A stretch of DNA of 64,000 bases from Vicinamibacterales bacterium (GTDB taxonomy: Bacteria > Acidobacteriota > Vicinamibacteria > Vicinamibacterales > UBA2999), in assembly GCA_050748045.1 (NCBI GenBank), contig JBOGIW010000612.1, forward strand, positions 14,573 through 78,572. The letters are read 5' to 3'. Of this stretch, positions 43,909 to 54,389 are shown piece after piece (the first letter of the stretch is position 1; each line of letters opens with the position of its first letter). The notes under the pieces are model-generated. The model ran no database searches and was not told the origin of the DNA. It was given only the letters and a program-made list of their open reading frames with translations. The position numbers and the translations under genes are program-made.

Positions 43909-45336
43909 ATGCCAGACAAGTTCGAAGACGAGTGCGGCGTCTTTGGCGTGTACAACCACCCCGGCGCCGTCTCGCTTACCACGATCGGCCTCCTGTCGCT
44001 TCAGCATCGCGGGCACGAAAGCGCCGGGGTGGCGTGCAGCCGCGATGGCGTGCTCCATTGCGTTCGCGCCAAAGGGTGGGTGTCCCACCTCGCCGACCGG
44101 CACCTCGGCGGCGTCAGCGGATCCGCCGCGATCGGGCACGTCAGATACTCGACGTGCGGCGACAGCTCGCTCGCCAACGCCCAGCCTCTCGTCGTGGCCA
44201 CGCGCGACGGACACCTCGCGCTCTGTCACAACGGAAACATTGTGAACGCGCACGACATACGGACGACACTGCGCGATTCGGGCGCGACCTTCGACGGCGA
44301 CGGCGACACCGAGGTCGTTGCGCGACTGCTCGCACGACGATGGTCGGAGCTTCCGGAGCACGAGGCGTTCCGCAAGACGTTCGAGATGGTGCGCGGCGCC
44401 TACTCGATCGTCGTCCTGACCAGCGATCGCATGTACGCTCTGCGCGATCCGCTGGGCATTCGTCCGCTGAGTCTCGGCCGCATCGGCGACGCAATCGTGA
44501 TCAGTTCGGAGACGTGCGGGTTCGATGCCATTGGCGCCACACACGTGCGCGACATTCGTCCAGGCGAGCTGCTCGTCGTCGGCCGCGCGGGCGTCCGCTC
44601 CTTCCAATTCCAGACTCCCGCGCCGCTCTCCGCGCAATGTGTGTTCGAGTTGATCTACTTCGCCCGGCCCGACAGCGTGACGTTCGGTCACAGCGTCGCG
44701 GCGGTGCGCATGGCGCTCGGCCGAAGGCTCGCCCAGGAGCAGCCAGCCGACGCCGACGTCGTCGTGCCGATTCCCGATTCCGGCCTCTATTGCGGTATCG
44801 GCTATGCCCGTGGCACCGGCATCGGATGCGAGCTGGCGCTCGTTCGCAACGCGCACGTCGGCCGAACCTTCATTCGGCCCGACGTAGCGGAACGGCGCGC
44901 CACCATCGCCGCCAAGTACAACGTGATTCGCGATCTCGTCGCAGGCCGGAGGGTGGCGCTGGTCGATGACTCGCTCGTCCGCGGCTCCACGTGCGAATCC
45001 ATCGTCGCACGAGTCCGAGAGGCCGGCGCGCGCGAGGTTCACGTGCGAATCGCGAGTCCGGAAACGATCGGACCGTGCTACTTCGGCGTCGACACACCCG
45101 ACGAGGGCGACCTCTTCGCAACCGGTCGATCGGTCGCGGAGATGGCGCGGCTCCTCGGAGCGGACTCTCTGGCCTTTCTCAGTCTGGATGGACTGCTCCG
45201 TGCGGTTGCCGGTGCCACCGGCGGCTACTGCTCGGGCTGCTATACCCGCCGATATCCGATCGATCCGGACGCATCGCCGCGGACGGCACGATCCGTGGCG
45301 GCGCCGGCCCGTCTGTATACGGCGTGCACGAGGTAA
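43909..45336 (+). CDS. purF: Amidophosphoribosyltransferase (glutamine PRPP amidotransferase), B. subtilis-type with propeptide and Fe-S Cys ligands
   Basis: MPDKFEDE|CGVFGV (propeptide plus catalytic Cys1), LQHRGHESAG, PRTase motif VALVDDSLVRGST, Cys ligands in GPCYFGVDTP and GYCSGCYT. Confidence 0.9.
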   Translation: MPDKFEDECGVFGVYNHPGAVSLTTIGLLSLQHRGHESAGVACSRDGVLHCVRAKGWVSHLADRHLGGVSGSAAIGHVRYSTCGDSSLANAQPLVVATRDGHLALCHNGNIVNAHDIRTTLRDSGATFDGDGDTEVVARLLARRWSELPEHEAFRKTFEMVRGAYSIVVLTSDRMYALRDPLGIRPLSLGRIGDAIVISSETCGFDAIGATHVRDIRPGELLVVGRAGVRSFQFQTPAPLSAQCVFELIYFARPDSVTFGHSVAAVRMALGRRLAQEQPADADVVVPIPDSGLYCGIGYARGTGIGCELALVRNAHVGRTFIRPDVAERRATIAAKYNVIRDLVAGRRVALVDDSLVRGSTCESIVARVREAGAREVHVRIASPETIGPCYFGVDTPDEGDLFATGRSVAEMARLLGADSLAFLSLDGLLRAVAGATGGYCSGCYTRRYPIDPDASPRTARSVAAPARLYTACTR

Positions 45337-45343
45337 GTCTCGA

Positions 45344-46600
45344 GTGATCGCGGCTCCAGACGACGTGACCGGCGATTGGATCGTCGTGATGACCTGCCAC
45401 GGCGCCAGCGACGTCATGCGCATGACGCTGCAGATGCACGGCGATCGCGCGACCGCGTGCCTTGGCGGCTGTGCTTTCGAAGGTCGCGCGAGCGGCTCGC
45501 GCCTGGAGCTTCGGACGCCGGATGGTGCAACACCCGCCGCTCGGATCAGCGGGACCTTCGAGCGGCACGCGTTGTCGGGAGAGTATGTCGTCGGCAAAAC
45601 GCGCTGGACCTGGTCGGCCACGCGACCCGCCGGACGTGCCGCAGGGGCGTCGCGGACGCACGTGTTCGCGCCCACAACCTTTCATCGGATGTTTTCCGGA
45701 TCGATCCCGCCCGCATTGCACATTCGGTGCGGCGACCGCGTGAAGACCTGGACGCTCGACTCGTCGGGGATCGATGCCGACGGAGCACGGCGATCGCGAC
45801 CCGGTAACCCTCAAACCGGCCCCTTCTACGTCGAGGGGGCCGTTCCCGGTGACACGCTGGCGGTGACCTTCACGCGCATGCGCTTGAACCGCGATACGGC
45901 AACGTCGCGACGGAGGATCTGGAAGGACGCGGTCACGGCGGCGTATATCGAGAGCCGGCGCCCGCTTGCCGATCCCGACAGCGCGTGGCTGCTCGACCGC
46001 GCGAAGGGAGTGGCGCGGCCGGCGCAGCCGACTCCCGCGCTCGCCGGATATGCGGTGCCGCTCCAGCCGATGCTCGGGTGCGTAGCCGTGGCGCCGCCGT
46101 TCGACATGGCGGTCACGTCGCAGCATCCCGGGACGTTCGGAGGCAACATCGACTATGCCGGCATCCGTGAAGGCGTGACGGTGTACCTGCCGGTGTTTCA
46201 GATCGGCGCGCTCCTGTTCATCGGAGACGGCCACGCGGCCCAAGGCGACGGCGAGGTCACCGTCAGCGCGCTCGAGACGTCGATGGACGTGGAGTTCGTC
46301 GTCGACGTGCTCCCAGGGCGAACGCTGGCGACACCGTGCGCCGAAGACGCCGAATGCCTGATGGCGATAGGAATCGAGCGATCGCTCACGAGGGCGCTGC
46401 AGAGCGCCACCACCGAAATGGCGCGCTGGCTCGAACGCGACTACGGGCTCGACCGCGAAGAGGCCGCGACGGTGCTAGGGACGGCGCTGCGCTATGACAT
46501 CGCGCAAGTCGTCAATCCCCATCCGAGCGTCGTGGCGAAGCTGCCCAAGGCGGTGATGGCCCGGGTCCGCAAACCGCCTGTCAACGGTGAAAGGCGATGA
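45344..46600 (+). CDS. Acetamidase/formamidase-family amidohydrolase
   Basis: NPQTGPFYVEGAVPGDTLAV, GTFGGNIDY, LFIGDGHAAQGDGEV. The N-terminal ~100 aa are unusual. The start is uncertain (GTG 45344, 8 nt after purF). The stop overlaps the next NRPS start (ATGA). Confidence 0.75.
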   Translation: MIAAPDDVTGDWIVVMTCHGASDVMRMTLQMHGDRATACLGGCAFEGRASGSRLELRTPDGATPAARISGTFERHALSGEYVVGKTRWTWSATRPAGRAAGASRTHVFAPTTFHRMFSGSIPPALHIRCGDRVKTWTLDSSGIDADGARRSRPGNPQTGPFYVEGAVPGDTLAVTFTRMRLNRDTATSRRRIWKDAVTAAYIESRRPLADPDSAWLLDRAKGVARPAQPTPALAGYAVPLQPMLGCVAVAPPFDMAVTSQHPGTFGGNIDYAGIREGVTVYLPVFQIGALLFIGDGHAAQGDGEVTVSALETSMDVEFVVDVLPGRTLATPCAEDAECLMAIGIERSLTRALQSATTEMARWLERDYGLDREEAATVLGTALRYDIAQVVNPHPSVVAKLPKAVMARVRKPPVNGERR

Positions 46601-49600
46601 CCATGGATGCTTCATCCGATCGGCCCCTGCTGGTCCGCCGGCCACCTCAGACGCCGGCACCGCTGTCGTATGCGCAGCACGCGCTCTGGGTGGCGCAGCA
46701 GCTCCACGGACCCGCTGCGAAGTACAACGTTGTCACCGCATGGCGGCTGCATGGCCCGGTCGACCGAGCGGCCCTGTGCCGCGCCATCAATACCATCGTC
46801 GAGCGCCACGAGAGCCTGCGCACGCGCTTCGACGAGCTCGACGAGGAGCCGGTGCAGATCGTCTGCCCCGCGGCGCCATTCGATCTCTCCCCGGAAGACC
46901 TGACCGGCCTCGACGATGTCGCGCAGCGTCGGGCGGTGACGCAGGCGCTCGACGACGAATGGGCGAAGCCTTTCGACCTGCGACGCGCGCCGCTGCTGCG
47001 CGTACGTCTCCTGGAGCTCGGCACCGTCGAGCACGTGCTGATTCAGACGGCTCACCACATCGTGTGGGACGGCTGGTCGCGTGGAGTCTTCGCACGGGAG
47101 CTGAGCGCGCTCTATCGCGCGGCGCACCACGAGGTGCCGCATGGCCTCGCGGCTCTCGAGGTGCAGTGCGCCGATGCCGCGGTGTGGCAGCGCTCGCGGC
47201 TCACGGGGCCGCGCCTCGCTCACGGTCTCGGATACTGGAACGAGCAGCTGGCAAATGCACCTCAGGAGCTCACCCTGCCGTCCGATCGCCGCCGGCCGGC
47301 TGTGCGGCGGCAGGAGGGTCGCGCCCTCGACGTGCAGCTGTCGCCCGAGCTGATCGGCGCCGTCACGCGCTTCGGCCAGGCCAATCGCGCTTCCCTCTTC
47401 ACCACCCTCCTCGCGGGCTTTGGTGCCCTGCTGGCGCGGTACACGCACGCCTGCGACATCGTCGTCGGAACGCCCGTCGCCGACCGGCCCGACGCGCGGC
47501 TCGAGCCGCTGATAGGCCTCTTCACGAACGAACTGCCCATTCGAATGAAGATCGGCCCGGAGACAACGTTCCGGCAGCTGGTGAACGACGTGCGCGAGAC
47601 GACGCTTGCGGCGTATCGGCACAAAGAGGTGCCGTTCGACCGGATCGTGCAGGAGCTCTCGCCGCAACGGAGCCGCAACGCTGCTCCTCTGTTTCAGGTT
47701 GGATTCGGTCTACAGGATGCGACGTCGGCAGCCTTGACGTTGGCCGGCCTCGACGTCGAGGCGTGGCTCCGCGCCGAGCGTCTCCGGGCAAAGCTCGATC
47801 TCGAAGTGCAGGTGCTCGTCGACGGCGATCGCGCCAGACTGTATTGGCTTTACGACGCCGAACTCTTCGGCCGCGCCCGCATGGAGCAGATGGCCCGTCA
47901 CTATAGACAGCTGCTCGACGGGCTGACGGCCGATCCCGACGTGCCCCTGCACCGGCTCCCCATCGTGAGCGAGGAAGACCGCCTGGCGCTCGATGGATGG
48001 CAGGGCGCCGCGCACGAGATCGCGCCGGCGACGATTCCCGAGCTCTTCGAACATCAGGTAGACGCCACGCCAGCGCGGATCGCGGTTGCGAGCGGCACCG
48101 AGTCGCTGAGCTACGCGGACCTGGACAGGCTCGCAAACGCCGTCGCGCATCGCCTCCGGGTGTGCGGAGTCGGCCCGGAGACGATTGTCGCCGTGTGCGC
48201 GGAGAGGTCGCCGCAACTCGTGGCCGGCCTGCTCGCCGTCCTCAAGGCCGGCGGCGCGTATCTACCGATCGATCCCGCCTACCCGCGTGATCGGATTGCG
48301 TTCATGCTCGAAGACAGCGGCGCCGCGGTGGTACTCGCCGAACCTGGAACGCTGGAGCGCGTGGTGCCAGGAGACCGGACGATCGTCAATCTCGACGACT
48401 ATCGATGCGTCACGGCGGATCAACGGCACGAGACCCGGCGTCTCGCGCATCGGGCTACGGCGGCGAACCTGGCGTACGTGCTGTACACGTCGGGTTCGAC
48501 GGGACGGCCGAAGGCTGTGATGGTGTCGCGCGGCGCCCTCGCGAACCACATGGCGTGGATGAACTCGCATTTTCCGCTCGACTTGCACGATCGGATTTTG
48601 CAACGGACCGCCCTCAGCTTCGATGCCTCCGTCTGGGAGTTCTATGCGCCGCTTCTGACCGGAGCCCGTCTCGTCCTCGCACCACCCGAAAGCCATCCCG
48701 ACGGCGCAACGCTCACGCGATGGATGCGAGAAGAGGCAATCACCATCGTGCAAATGGTGCCGTCGCTCCTTCGCGTGCTGACCGAAGCACCGGACCTCGA
48801 GCGCTGCCTGTCGTTGCGTCGCGTGTTCTGCGGCGGTGAGCCTCTCACGAGCGAGCTGCAGCAGCGAGTGCGCGCGCGCCTGCCGAACGTCGAGCTGCAC
48901 AATCTGTACGGCCCCACGGAGGCCACCATCGATGCGACGTGGTGGCCCTGCGCATCGGGCACCGAATCCGAGGAGCCCGCGATCGGGCGCCCCGTGTGGA
49001 ACACGCGCGCGTATGTCGTGAACGCGGCGCTGCAGCTGGCACCGGCAGGCGTCACGGGTGAACTGTGTCTCGCCGGGGCCGGACTGGCGCGTGGCTACCT
49101 CCGACGGGCGGCGTTGACGGCCGAACGATTCGTTCCGGACCCGTACTGCGGTCGTCCTGGCGAGCGCATGTACCGCGTTGGAGACCTCGTGCGATGGCGA
49201 CCGGACGGAGCGCTCGACTTCGTCGCGCGAATCGACCATCAACTCAAGATCAGGGGTCTCCGTATCGAGCTTGGAGAAATTGAAGCCGCGTTGAGGGCAT
49301 TGCCGGGCGTGGCGCAGGTCGTGGTCGTCGGCCGTGAGGAGGAGTTTGCTCAGGCACGTCTGGTCGCCTACGTCGTCGCGTCCACGGCGGACGTGGTGAC
49401 CGCCGACACGCTGCGAAACCGGCTGCGCGAGACCTTGCCGGACTACATGGTCCCGGCCGCGTTCGTCTTGCTCGATGCGCTGCCGCTCATGCCGAACGGC
49501 AAGATCGACCGCAAGGCACTGCCCGCCCCCGAGGCCTCCGCCGCGGGGTACCGCCAGCCGCGGACGGCCGACGAACGAGCGCTATGCACGATTTTCGCGG

Positions 49601-49800
49601 AAGTGCTCGGCGTCGATCGTGTCGGCCTCGACGACGATTTCTTCGCCATCGGCGGCCACTCGCTCTCGGCGATGCGCGTGATCATGCGCTCGCGCGCGCA
49701 GCTGGGGATTCCGCTGTCGTTTCGAACCATGCTGGAGCACGGCACGGTGGCCGCCATCCTTCAGCAGGTCGCGAGCGCATCGGGGGAGGTCGCGCGATGA
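46597..49800 (+). CDS. NRPS module C-A-T (Gln-like code)
   Basis: C: LSYAQHALWV/HHIVWDGWS. A: YTSGSTGRPKA; code approx DAWQFGLIDK (the classical Gln code). T: FFAIGGHSL. Confidence 0.95.
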   Translation: MTMDASSDRPLLVRRPPQTPAPLSYAQHALWVAQQLHGPAAKYNVVTAWRLHGPVDRAALCRAINTIVERHESLRTRFDELDEEPVQIVCPAAPFDLSPEDLTGLDDVAQRRAVTQALDDEWAKPFDLRRAPLLRVRLLELGTVEHVLIQTAHHIVWDGWSRGVFARELSALYRAAHHEVPHGLAALEVQCADAAVWQRSRLTGPRLAHGLGYWNEQLANAPQELTLPSDRRRPAVRRQEGRALDVQLSPELIGAVTRFGQANRASLFTTLLAGFGALLARYTHACDIVVGTPVADRPDARLEPLIGLFTNELPIRMKIGPETTFRQLVNDVRETTLAAYRHKEVPFDRIVQELSPQRSRNAAPLFQVGFGLQDATSAALTLAGLDVEAWLRAERLRAKLDLEVQVLVDGDRARLYWLYDAELFGRARMEQMARHYRQLLDGLTADPDVPLHRLPIVSEEDRLALDGWQGAAHEIAPATIPELFEHQVDATPARIAVASGTESLSYADLDRLANAVAHRLRVCGVGPETIVAVCAERSPQLVAGLLAVLKAGGAYLPIDPAYPRDRIAFMLEDSGAAVVLAEPGTLERVVPGDRTIVNLDDYRCVTADQRHETRRLAHRATAANLAYVLYTSGSTGRPKAVMVSRGALANHMAWMNSHFPLDLHDRILQRTALSFDASVWEFYAPLLTGARLVLAPPESHPDGATLTRWMREEAITIVQMVPSLLRVLTEAPDLERCLSLRRVFCGGEPLTSELQQRVRARLPNVELHNLYGPTEATIDATWWPCASGTESEEPAIGRPVWNTRAYVVNAALQLAPAGVTGELCLAGAGLARGYLRRAALTAERFVPDPYCGRPGERMYRVGDLVRWRPDGALDFVARIDHQLKIRGLRIELGEIEAALRALPGVAQVVVVGREEEFAQARLVAYVVASTADVVTADTLRNRLRETLPDYMVPAAFVLLDALPLMPNGKIDRKALPAPEASAAGYRQPRTADERALCTIFAEVLGVDRVGLDDDFFAIGGHSLSAMRVIMRSRAQLGIPLSFRTMLEHGTVAAILQQVASASGEVAR

Positions 49801-52800
49801 CCACCGGCGCGCCACGCGAATACCCGGCGTCATTCGCCCAGGAGCGCATGTGGTTCCTGGAGCAGCTCGACACCGCGCAGTCCCACTACGGGATGTCCCG
49901 CGTGTGGCGCCTGCGCGGTCATCTGGATTGTGACGCCTTGTCGGCGAGCGTGGAAGCGCTGACGGCGCGGCACGAGATACTCCGCACGACATTTCGGATG
50001 CGACCCGACGGCTTGCGCCAGGTCGTACGAGATGACGCGGTGACGCTGGAGGTGGTGCCCGTCAGCGAGGCTTTGCTCGACGCGAGCGTCCGCGACATGA
50101 CCTCACGCCGATTCGATCTCGCGGTTGGTCCGCTCGCGCAGTTCAGGCTGTTGCGGCACTCCGACGAGCACTACGTGCTTGCGATCCTTCTCCATCACAT
50201 CGTGTGTGACGGCTGGGGCCTCGACGTGATGTTGCGTGAGCTCTCGGAGCAGTATGCCGCGCGGGTGCAGGGATGCGAGCCGGCCCTGCCGCCTCTGCCG
50301 ATGCAGTACGGCGACTACGCCGCGCAACAGCGGGAGGCATGGGCGAGCGGCCGACTGAACACCGATCTGGCGTTCTGGAGGCGCGAGCTCGATGGCGCGC
50401 CGACGGTCGTGAATCTGCCGGCCGACCGGCCGCGCCCGGCCGTCCGCAGCGGACGCGGCGCGCGCGAACGGCTGACCGTGCCCGCGGGTATCACGCGACG
50501 CTTACGGGCGACGGCGCAGCGCACGCGCACGACGCTGTTCATGGTGCTGGTGACGGCGTTCCACGCGCTCTTGAGCCGCTACTCCGGACAACGCGACATC
50601 GTCGTGGGCACACCCGTCGCCGGTCGCGCACGCCAAGCCACGGAGCCGCTCGTCGGCCTTTTCGTCAACACGCTTCCAGTACGTGCCACTCTCGCGGGGG
50701 ATCCGCCGTTTGACGCCCTTCTGCAACAGGTTCGGGAACGGCTATCCGAGAGTTACATGCACCAGGACGTGCCGTTCGAGAAGCTGGTTGCAGAACTGCA
50801 GATCGAGCGATCCACGGCCCATGCGCCGCTCGTGCAGGTGATGTGTGCCCTGCAGAACACGCCGAAGACGCTGTTCGCGCTGCCAGGCATCCGGATCGAG
50901 CGTATCGACGTACCGCTGGAGGTCGCGCGTCTCGATCTGACGCTTGCCCTCGAAGAGGTTGGCGATGCGCTCGCCGGCCGTATCGACTATGACCGCGATC
51001 TGTTCGACCCGGGAACCATCTCCCGATTGGCCGATCATTACGTGCGGCTGCTGGACGGAATCGCTACCGACCACAGGCGGCGCGTCTTGGCGCTTCCGCT
51101 CCTGAGCGAGGCTGAACGGACACACCTGCGGCACGCGACCCACGGTGCGCGTGTGACGCTGCCCGAAGCCGCGGGCATTCACGATGTCATCGCCGCGCAG
51201 GCCGCTCGAACGCCGGCGCGCCCTGCGCTGGCGTGCGACGACGCGTGTTTGACCTACGGCGAAATGAATGCCCGCGCGAACCAGCTCGCGCGCTTCCTGC
51301 AGCGTCACGGCGTCGGGCCTGATGTGACGGTCGCCATCTGCCTGGAGCGCGGCGTCGACGTGATCGTGGCGCTGCTCGCGGTGTTGAAAGCCGGTGGCGC
51401 GTATGTCCCGCTCGAATCGACCTTTCCCCGCGAGCGTCTGGCGTTCATGATCGCCGACTCCAGAAGTCGCGTCGTGATTACCAGGTCGCGCTTGCGCACG
51501 CCGCTCCCCGGTTCCATCGAGACGATCTGTCTCGACGAGGCGGCCGCCGACATCGCGCGGCAAGCGGCCGCGGAACCGAAGAGTGACGTACGGCCGGCAC
51601 ACCTCGCATACGTGATCTATACCTCCGGATCGTGCGGCCGTCCGAAGGGTGTAGCCGTCGAGCATCGCCAGATTCTGAACTACGTCGCCGCCGTGACGCG
51701 CGATCTGGCGTTTCCCTCGGGTCCCCTGGCGCTGGCGTCGACGATCGCTGCCGACCTCGGACACACGATGCTCTTTCCCGCGCTGTGCCACGGCAACACG
51801 CTGCACGTGCTGCCCGATGGCGTCATCCGCGACGGGCATGAGTGGCGTCGCTACTTCGATCGTCATGGCATCGCGGGACTGAAGATTACGCCGACTCACC
51901 TCAGGGCCTTGCTGGGACCGGCTCGCGACGCGAGCGCGTTGCCGAGCTGCCAGCTCGTGATTGGAGGAGAGGCGAGCACGTGGGACTGGATCGCGGAGCT
52001 CGAGCGGGCCAGCCCCGAATGCCGCATCTTCAATCACTACGGACCGACGGAGTGCACGGTCGGCGCAGTCGCGTGCGAGCTGTCGGCGATCGAGGAGCGC
52101 CACGGGCTCGTGCCGCTCGGCACGCCGCTCGCAAACACGACCGTGTACGTGCTCGACGACGCAGCGGAACTGTCGCCGACGTCGGTTCCGGGAGAGCTTT
52201 ACATCGGAGGTGACGGCGTTGCGCGGGGGTACCTCGGTCAGCCGTCGCTGACGGCGGAACGGTTCCTGCCCGATCCGTTCGCCTCCACACCGGGCGCGCG
52301 GCTGTATCGCACCGGGGATCGCGTGCGATGGCGCAGCGACCGCCGTCTCGAGTTCCTGGGACGTGTCGATGAGGAGCTGAAGGTGCGCGGGTTTCGGGTG
52401 CACCCGCGCGAGATCGAGTCGACACTGCGACAGCACGCGCACCTGAACGACGCGCTCGTCACCGCCCACATGGTGGATGGCCGGCAAGAGCTCGCCGCCT
52501 ACGTCGTCGCTGGCGCGCATGCGCCGATGAGTGAAGAGAGTCTGCGTGCGTGGCTCGCGGCACGGCTCCCGGACCACATGGTGCCTGCGACCGTCACGCT
52601 GCTTCCGGCATGGCCCCTGACGGCGAATGGCAAGCTCGATCGGCGGGCCCTGCCGGTACCGGAACCGCGGGCGCGCCGCGAACGAGCGTACGACCCGCCG
52701 CGGACGCCCGTCGAGGCGATACTCGCCGACATCTGGCAGGACGTTCTGGGCCTTCCTCGTGTTGGGATTTACGACAACTTCTTCGAGCTCGGCGGCGACT

Positions 52801-54350
52801 CGATCCACAGCATCCAGGTGATTACACGCGCCGCCCAACGCGGCCTCGAGCTCGTGCCGCGCGACGCCTTCGAGCACCAGACCGTGGCGGCCCTCGCCGC
52901 CGGATTGCGCCCGCGACCGGCGATACGCATCGAAGACGCGCCGCTCTCGGGCATCGTGCCGCTTACACCCGTTCAGCGCTGGTTCTTCGCGCAGGACCTG
53001 GCGTGTCCACACCACTACAACCAGTCACTGCTGCTCGAGCCGCGCGAAACGCTCGACGCTGACGTGCTGCGCCGCGCATTCGACGCCGTGTACAGGCACC
53101 ACGACGCGTTCGGGATGCGCTACGAGCGCGATGGCAGCGTCTGGCGGCAATGCGCCCGGCTCGATCATGGCGTGGCCCCGTACGAGATCGTCGACCTCGG
53201 ACGCCTTCCAGCCGCCGCCCAGCCTAACGCCGTCAAATCGATTGCAGCAGACCGTCAGTCGCAACTTCACATCCACACCGGCCCGCTTGCACAATTCACG
53301 CTGTTCGAGCGGGGAGCCGGGCGCCCGCAGCGGCTGCTGCTCATCGCGCATCACCTGATTGTCGACGGCGTGTCGTGGCGAATCCTCGCCGAGGACCTCG
53401 ACACCGCGTACCGTCAGCTTCGGCACGGCGACAGCGTCGATCTGCCCCCGAGAACGTCGTCACTGTGCACGTGGGGGGCGGCGCTCGACCGGTACGCTCG
53501 GAGCGCCGAACACGTGTCGGAGATCCCGGTCTGGCAGGAGTCGGCGTGGCGCGGCCGCCAACGGATGCTGCCCAGGGATGGCCCCGGCGGCGTGAACACC
53601 GAGGCGTCGGCTCGGTACGTGACGGTTCGGCTGTCGGTGCCGGAGACCGAGCAGCTGCTTCGCGACGCGCCGCGCGCGGCCCACGCTCGGGTACCGGAGG
53701 TGCTGCTCGCAGCGCTCTGGCAGGCTGTTGCGGAATGGGCCGGTCACGAGGAGTTCGGCGTCATGCTCGAGGGTCATGGCCGCGAAGTCCTCGAGCCAGG
53801 GCTCGATCTCTCACGCACGATCGGCTGGTTCACCGCGACGCGGCCGGTCCGGCTGGATCTGCGGCGAGCCGCAACTGCGGCGCAGCGCCTGAGGACCGTG
53901 AGGAGCGAGCTGGGGCGCGTGGCGCATGGCGGCATCGGCTACGGCTGCTGGCGCTACCCGGCGGCGTCCCCTGGTACGGCCGGCGTGGCTGACGCTGCGC
54001 CCGAGCTGACGCTCAACTATCTTGGCCAATTCGATCAGACGTTTGGGGGGCACACGCTCTGGCGGGTCGTATCCGAGCCTCAGGGACCGGTGCACGCGCC
54101 CGTGAATCTCAGGTCGCGAGTGCTGCAGATCAACGGACGCGTGCTCCACGGAAGGCTCGAGTTGAGCTGGACGTACTCGTCGCATCTGCACCGGCGCAAG
54201 ACGATCGCGCGCCTCGCCGAGCGGCATCTCACGGCAGTGCGATCGCTCGTGCGCGAATGCCTGGCTTCGGCCGCTCCGGCGTCGAGCGACGTCGACCCCG
54301 ACGTTACCGACCACGACCTGTTGACGATTTCACGCGCTCTCGGCCGCTGA
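49797..54350 (+). CDS. NRPS module C-A-T-E (Asp-like code, epimerising)
   Basis: C: ASFAQERMWF/HHIVCDGWG. A: YTSGSCGRPKG; code approx DLTKVGHVGK (Asp). T: FFELGGDSIHSIQ (E-coupled T motif). E: HHLIVDGVSWRIL. Confidence 0.95.
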   Translation: MTTGAPREYPASFAQERMWFLEQLDTAQSHYGMSRVWRLRGHLDCDALSASVEALTARHEILRTTFRMRPDGLRQVVRDDAVTLEVVPVSEALLDASVRDMTSRRFDLAVGPLAQFRLLRHSDEHYVLAILLHHIVCDGWGLDVMLRELSEQYAARVQGCEPALPPLPMQYGDYAAQQREAWASGRLNTDLAFWRRELDGAPTVVNLPADRPRPAVRSGRGARERLTVPAGITRRLRATAQRTRTTLFMVLVTAFHALLSRYSGQRDIVVGTPVAGRARQATEPLVGLFVNTLPVRATLAGDPPFDALLQQVRERLSESYMHQDVPFEKLVAELQIERSTAHAPLVQVMCALQNTPKTLFALPGIRIERIDVPLEVARLDLTLALEEVGDALAGRIDYDRDLFDPGTISRLADHYVRLLDGIATDHRRRVLALPLLSEAERTHLRHATHGARVTLPEAAGIHDVIAAQAARTPARPALACDDACLTYGEMNARANQLARFLQRHGVGPDVTVAICLERGVDVIVALLAVLKAGGAYVPLESTFPRERLAFMIADSRSRVVITRSRLRTPLPGSIETICLDEAAADIARQAAAEPKSDVRPAHLAYVIYTSGSCGRPKGVAVEHRQILNYVAAVTRDLAFPSGPLALASTIAADLGHTMLFPALCHGNTLHVLPDGVIRDGHEWRRYFDRHGIAGLKITPTHLRALLGPARDASALPSCQLVIGGEASTWDWIAELERASPECRIFNHYGPTECTVGAVACELSAIEERHGLVPLGTPLANTTVYVLDDAAELSPTSVPGELYIGGDGVARGYLGQPSLTAERFLPDPFASTPGARLYRTGDRVRWRSDRRLEFLGRVDEELKVRGFRVHPREIESTLRQHAHLNDALVTAHMVDGRQELAAYVVAGAHAPMSEESLRAWLAARLPDHMVPATVTLLPAWPLTANGKLDRRALPVPEPRARRERAYDPPRTPVEAILADIWQDVLGLPRVGIYDNFFELGGDSIHSIQVITRAAQRGLELVPRDAFEHQTVAALAAGLRPRPAIRIEDAPLSGIVPLTPVQRWFFAQDLACPHHYNQSLLLEPRETLDADVLRRAFDAVYRHHDAFGMRYERDGSVWRQCARLDHGVAPYEIVDLGRLPAAAQPNAVKSIAADRQSQLHIHTGPLAQFTLFERGAGRPQRLLLIAHHLIVDGVSWRILAEDLDTAYRQLRHGDSVDLPPRTSSLCTWGAALDRYARSAEHVSEIPVWQESAWRGRQRMLPRDGPGGVNTEASARYVTVRLSVPETEQLLRDAPRAAHARVPEVLLAALWQAVAEWAGHEEFGVMLEGHGREVLEPGLDLSRTIGWFTATRPVRLDLRRAATAAQRLRTVRSELGRVAHGGIGYGCWRYPAASPGTAGVADAAPELTLNYLGQFDQTFGGHTLWRVVSEPQGPVHAPVNLRSRVLQINGRVLHGRLELSWTYSSHLHRRKTIARLAERHLTAVRSLVRECLASAAPASSDVDPDVTDHDLLTISRALGR
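52930..54347 (+). other. Epimerisation domain (approximate)
   Basis: PLTPVQRWFF..HHLIVDGVSWRIL..EGHGRE..NYLGQF. Confidence 0.85.
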
Positions 54351-54389
54351 CGCGCCCGTCGCAGCGCCCACGCTCCAGCGGGACCTCCT

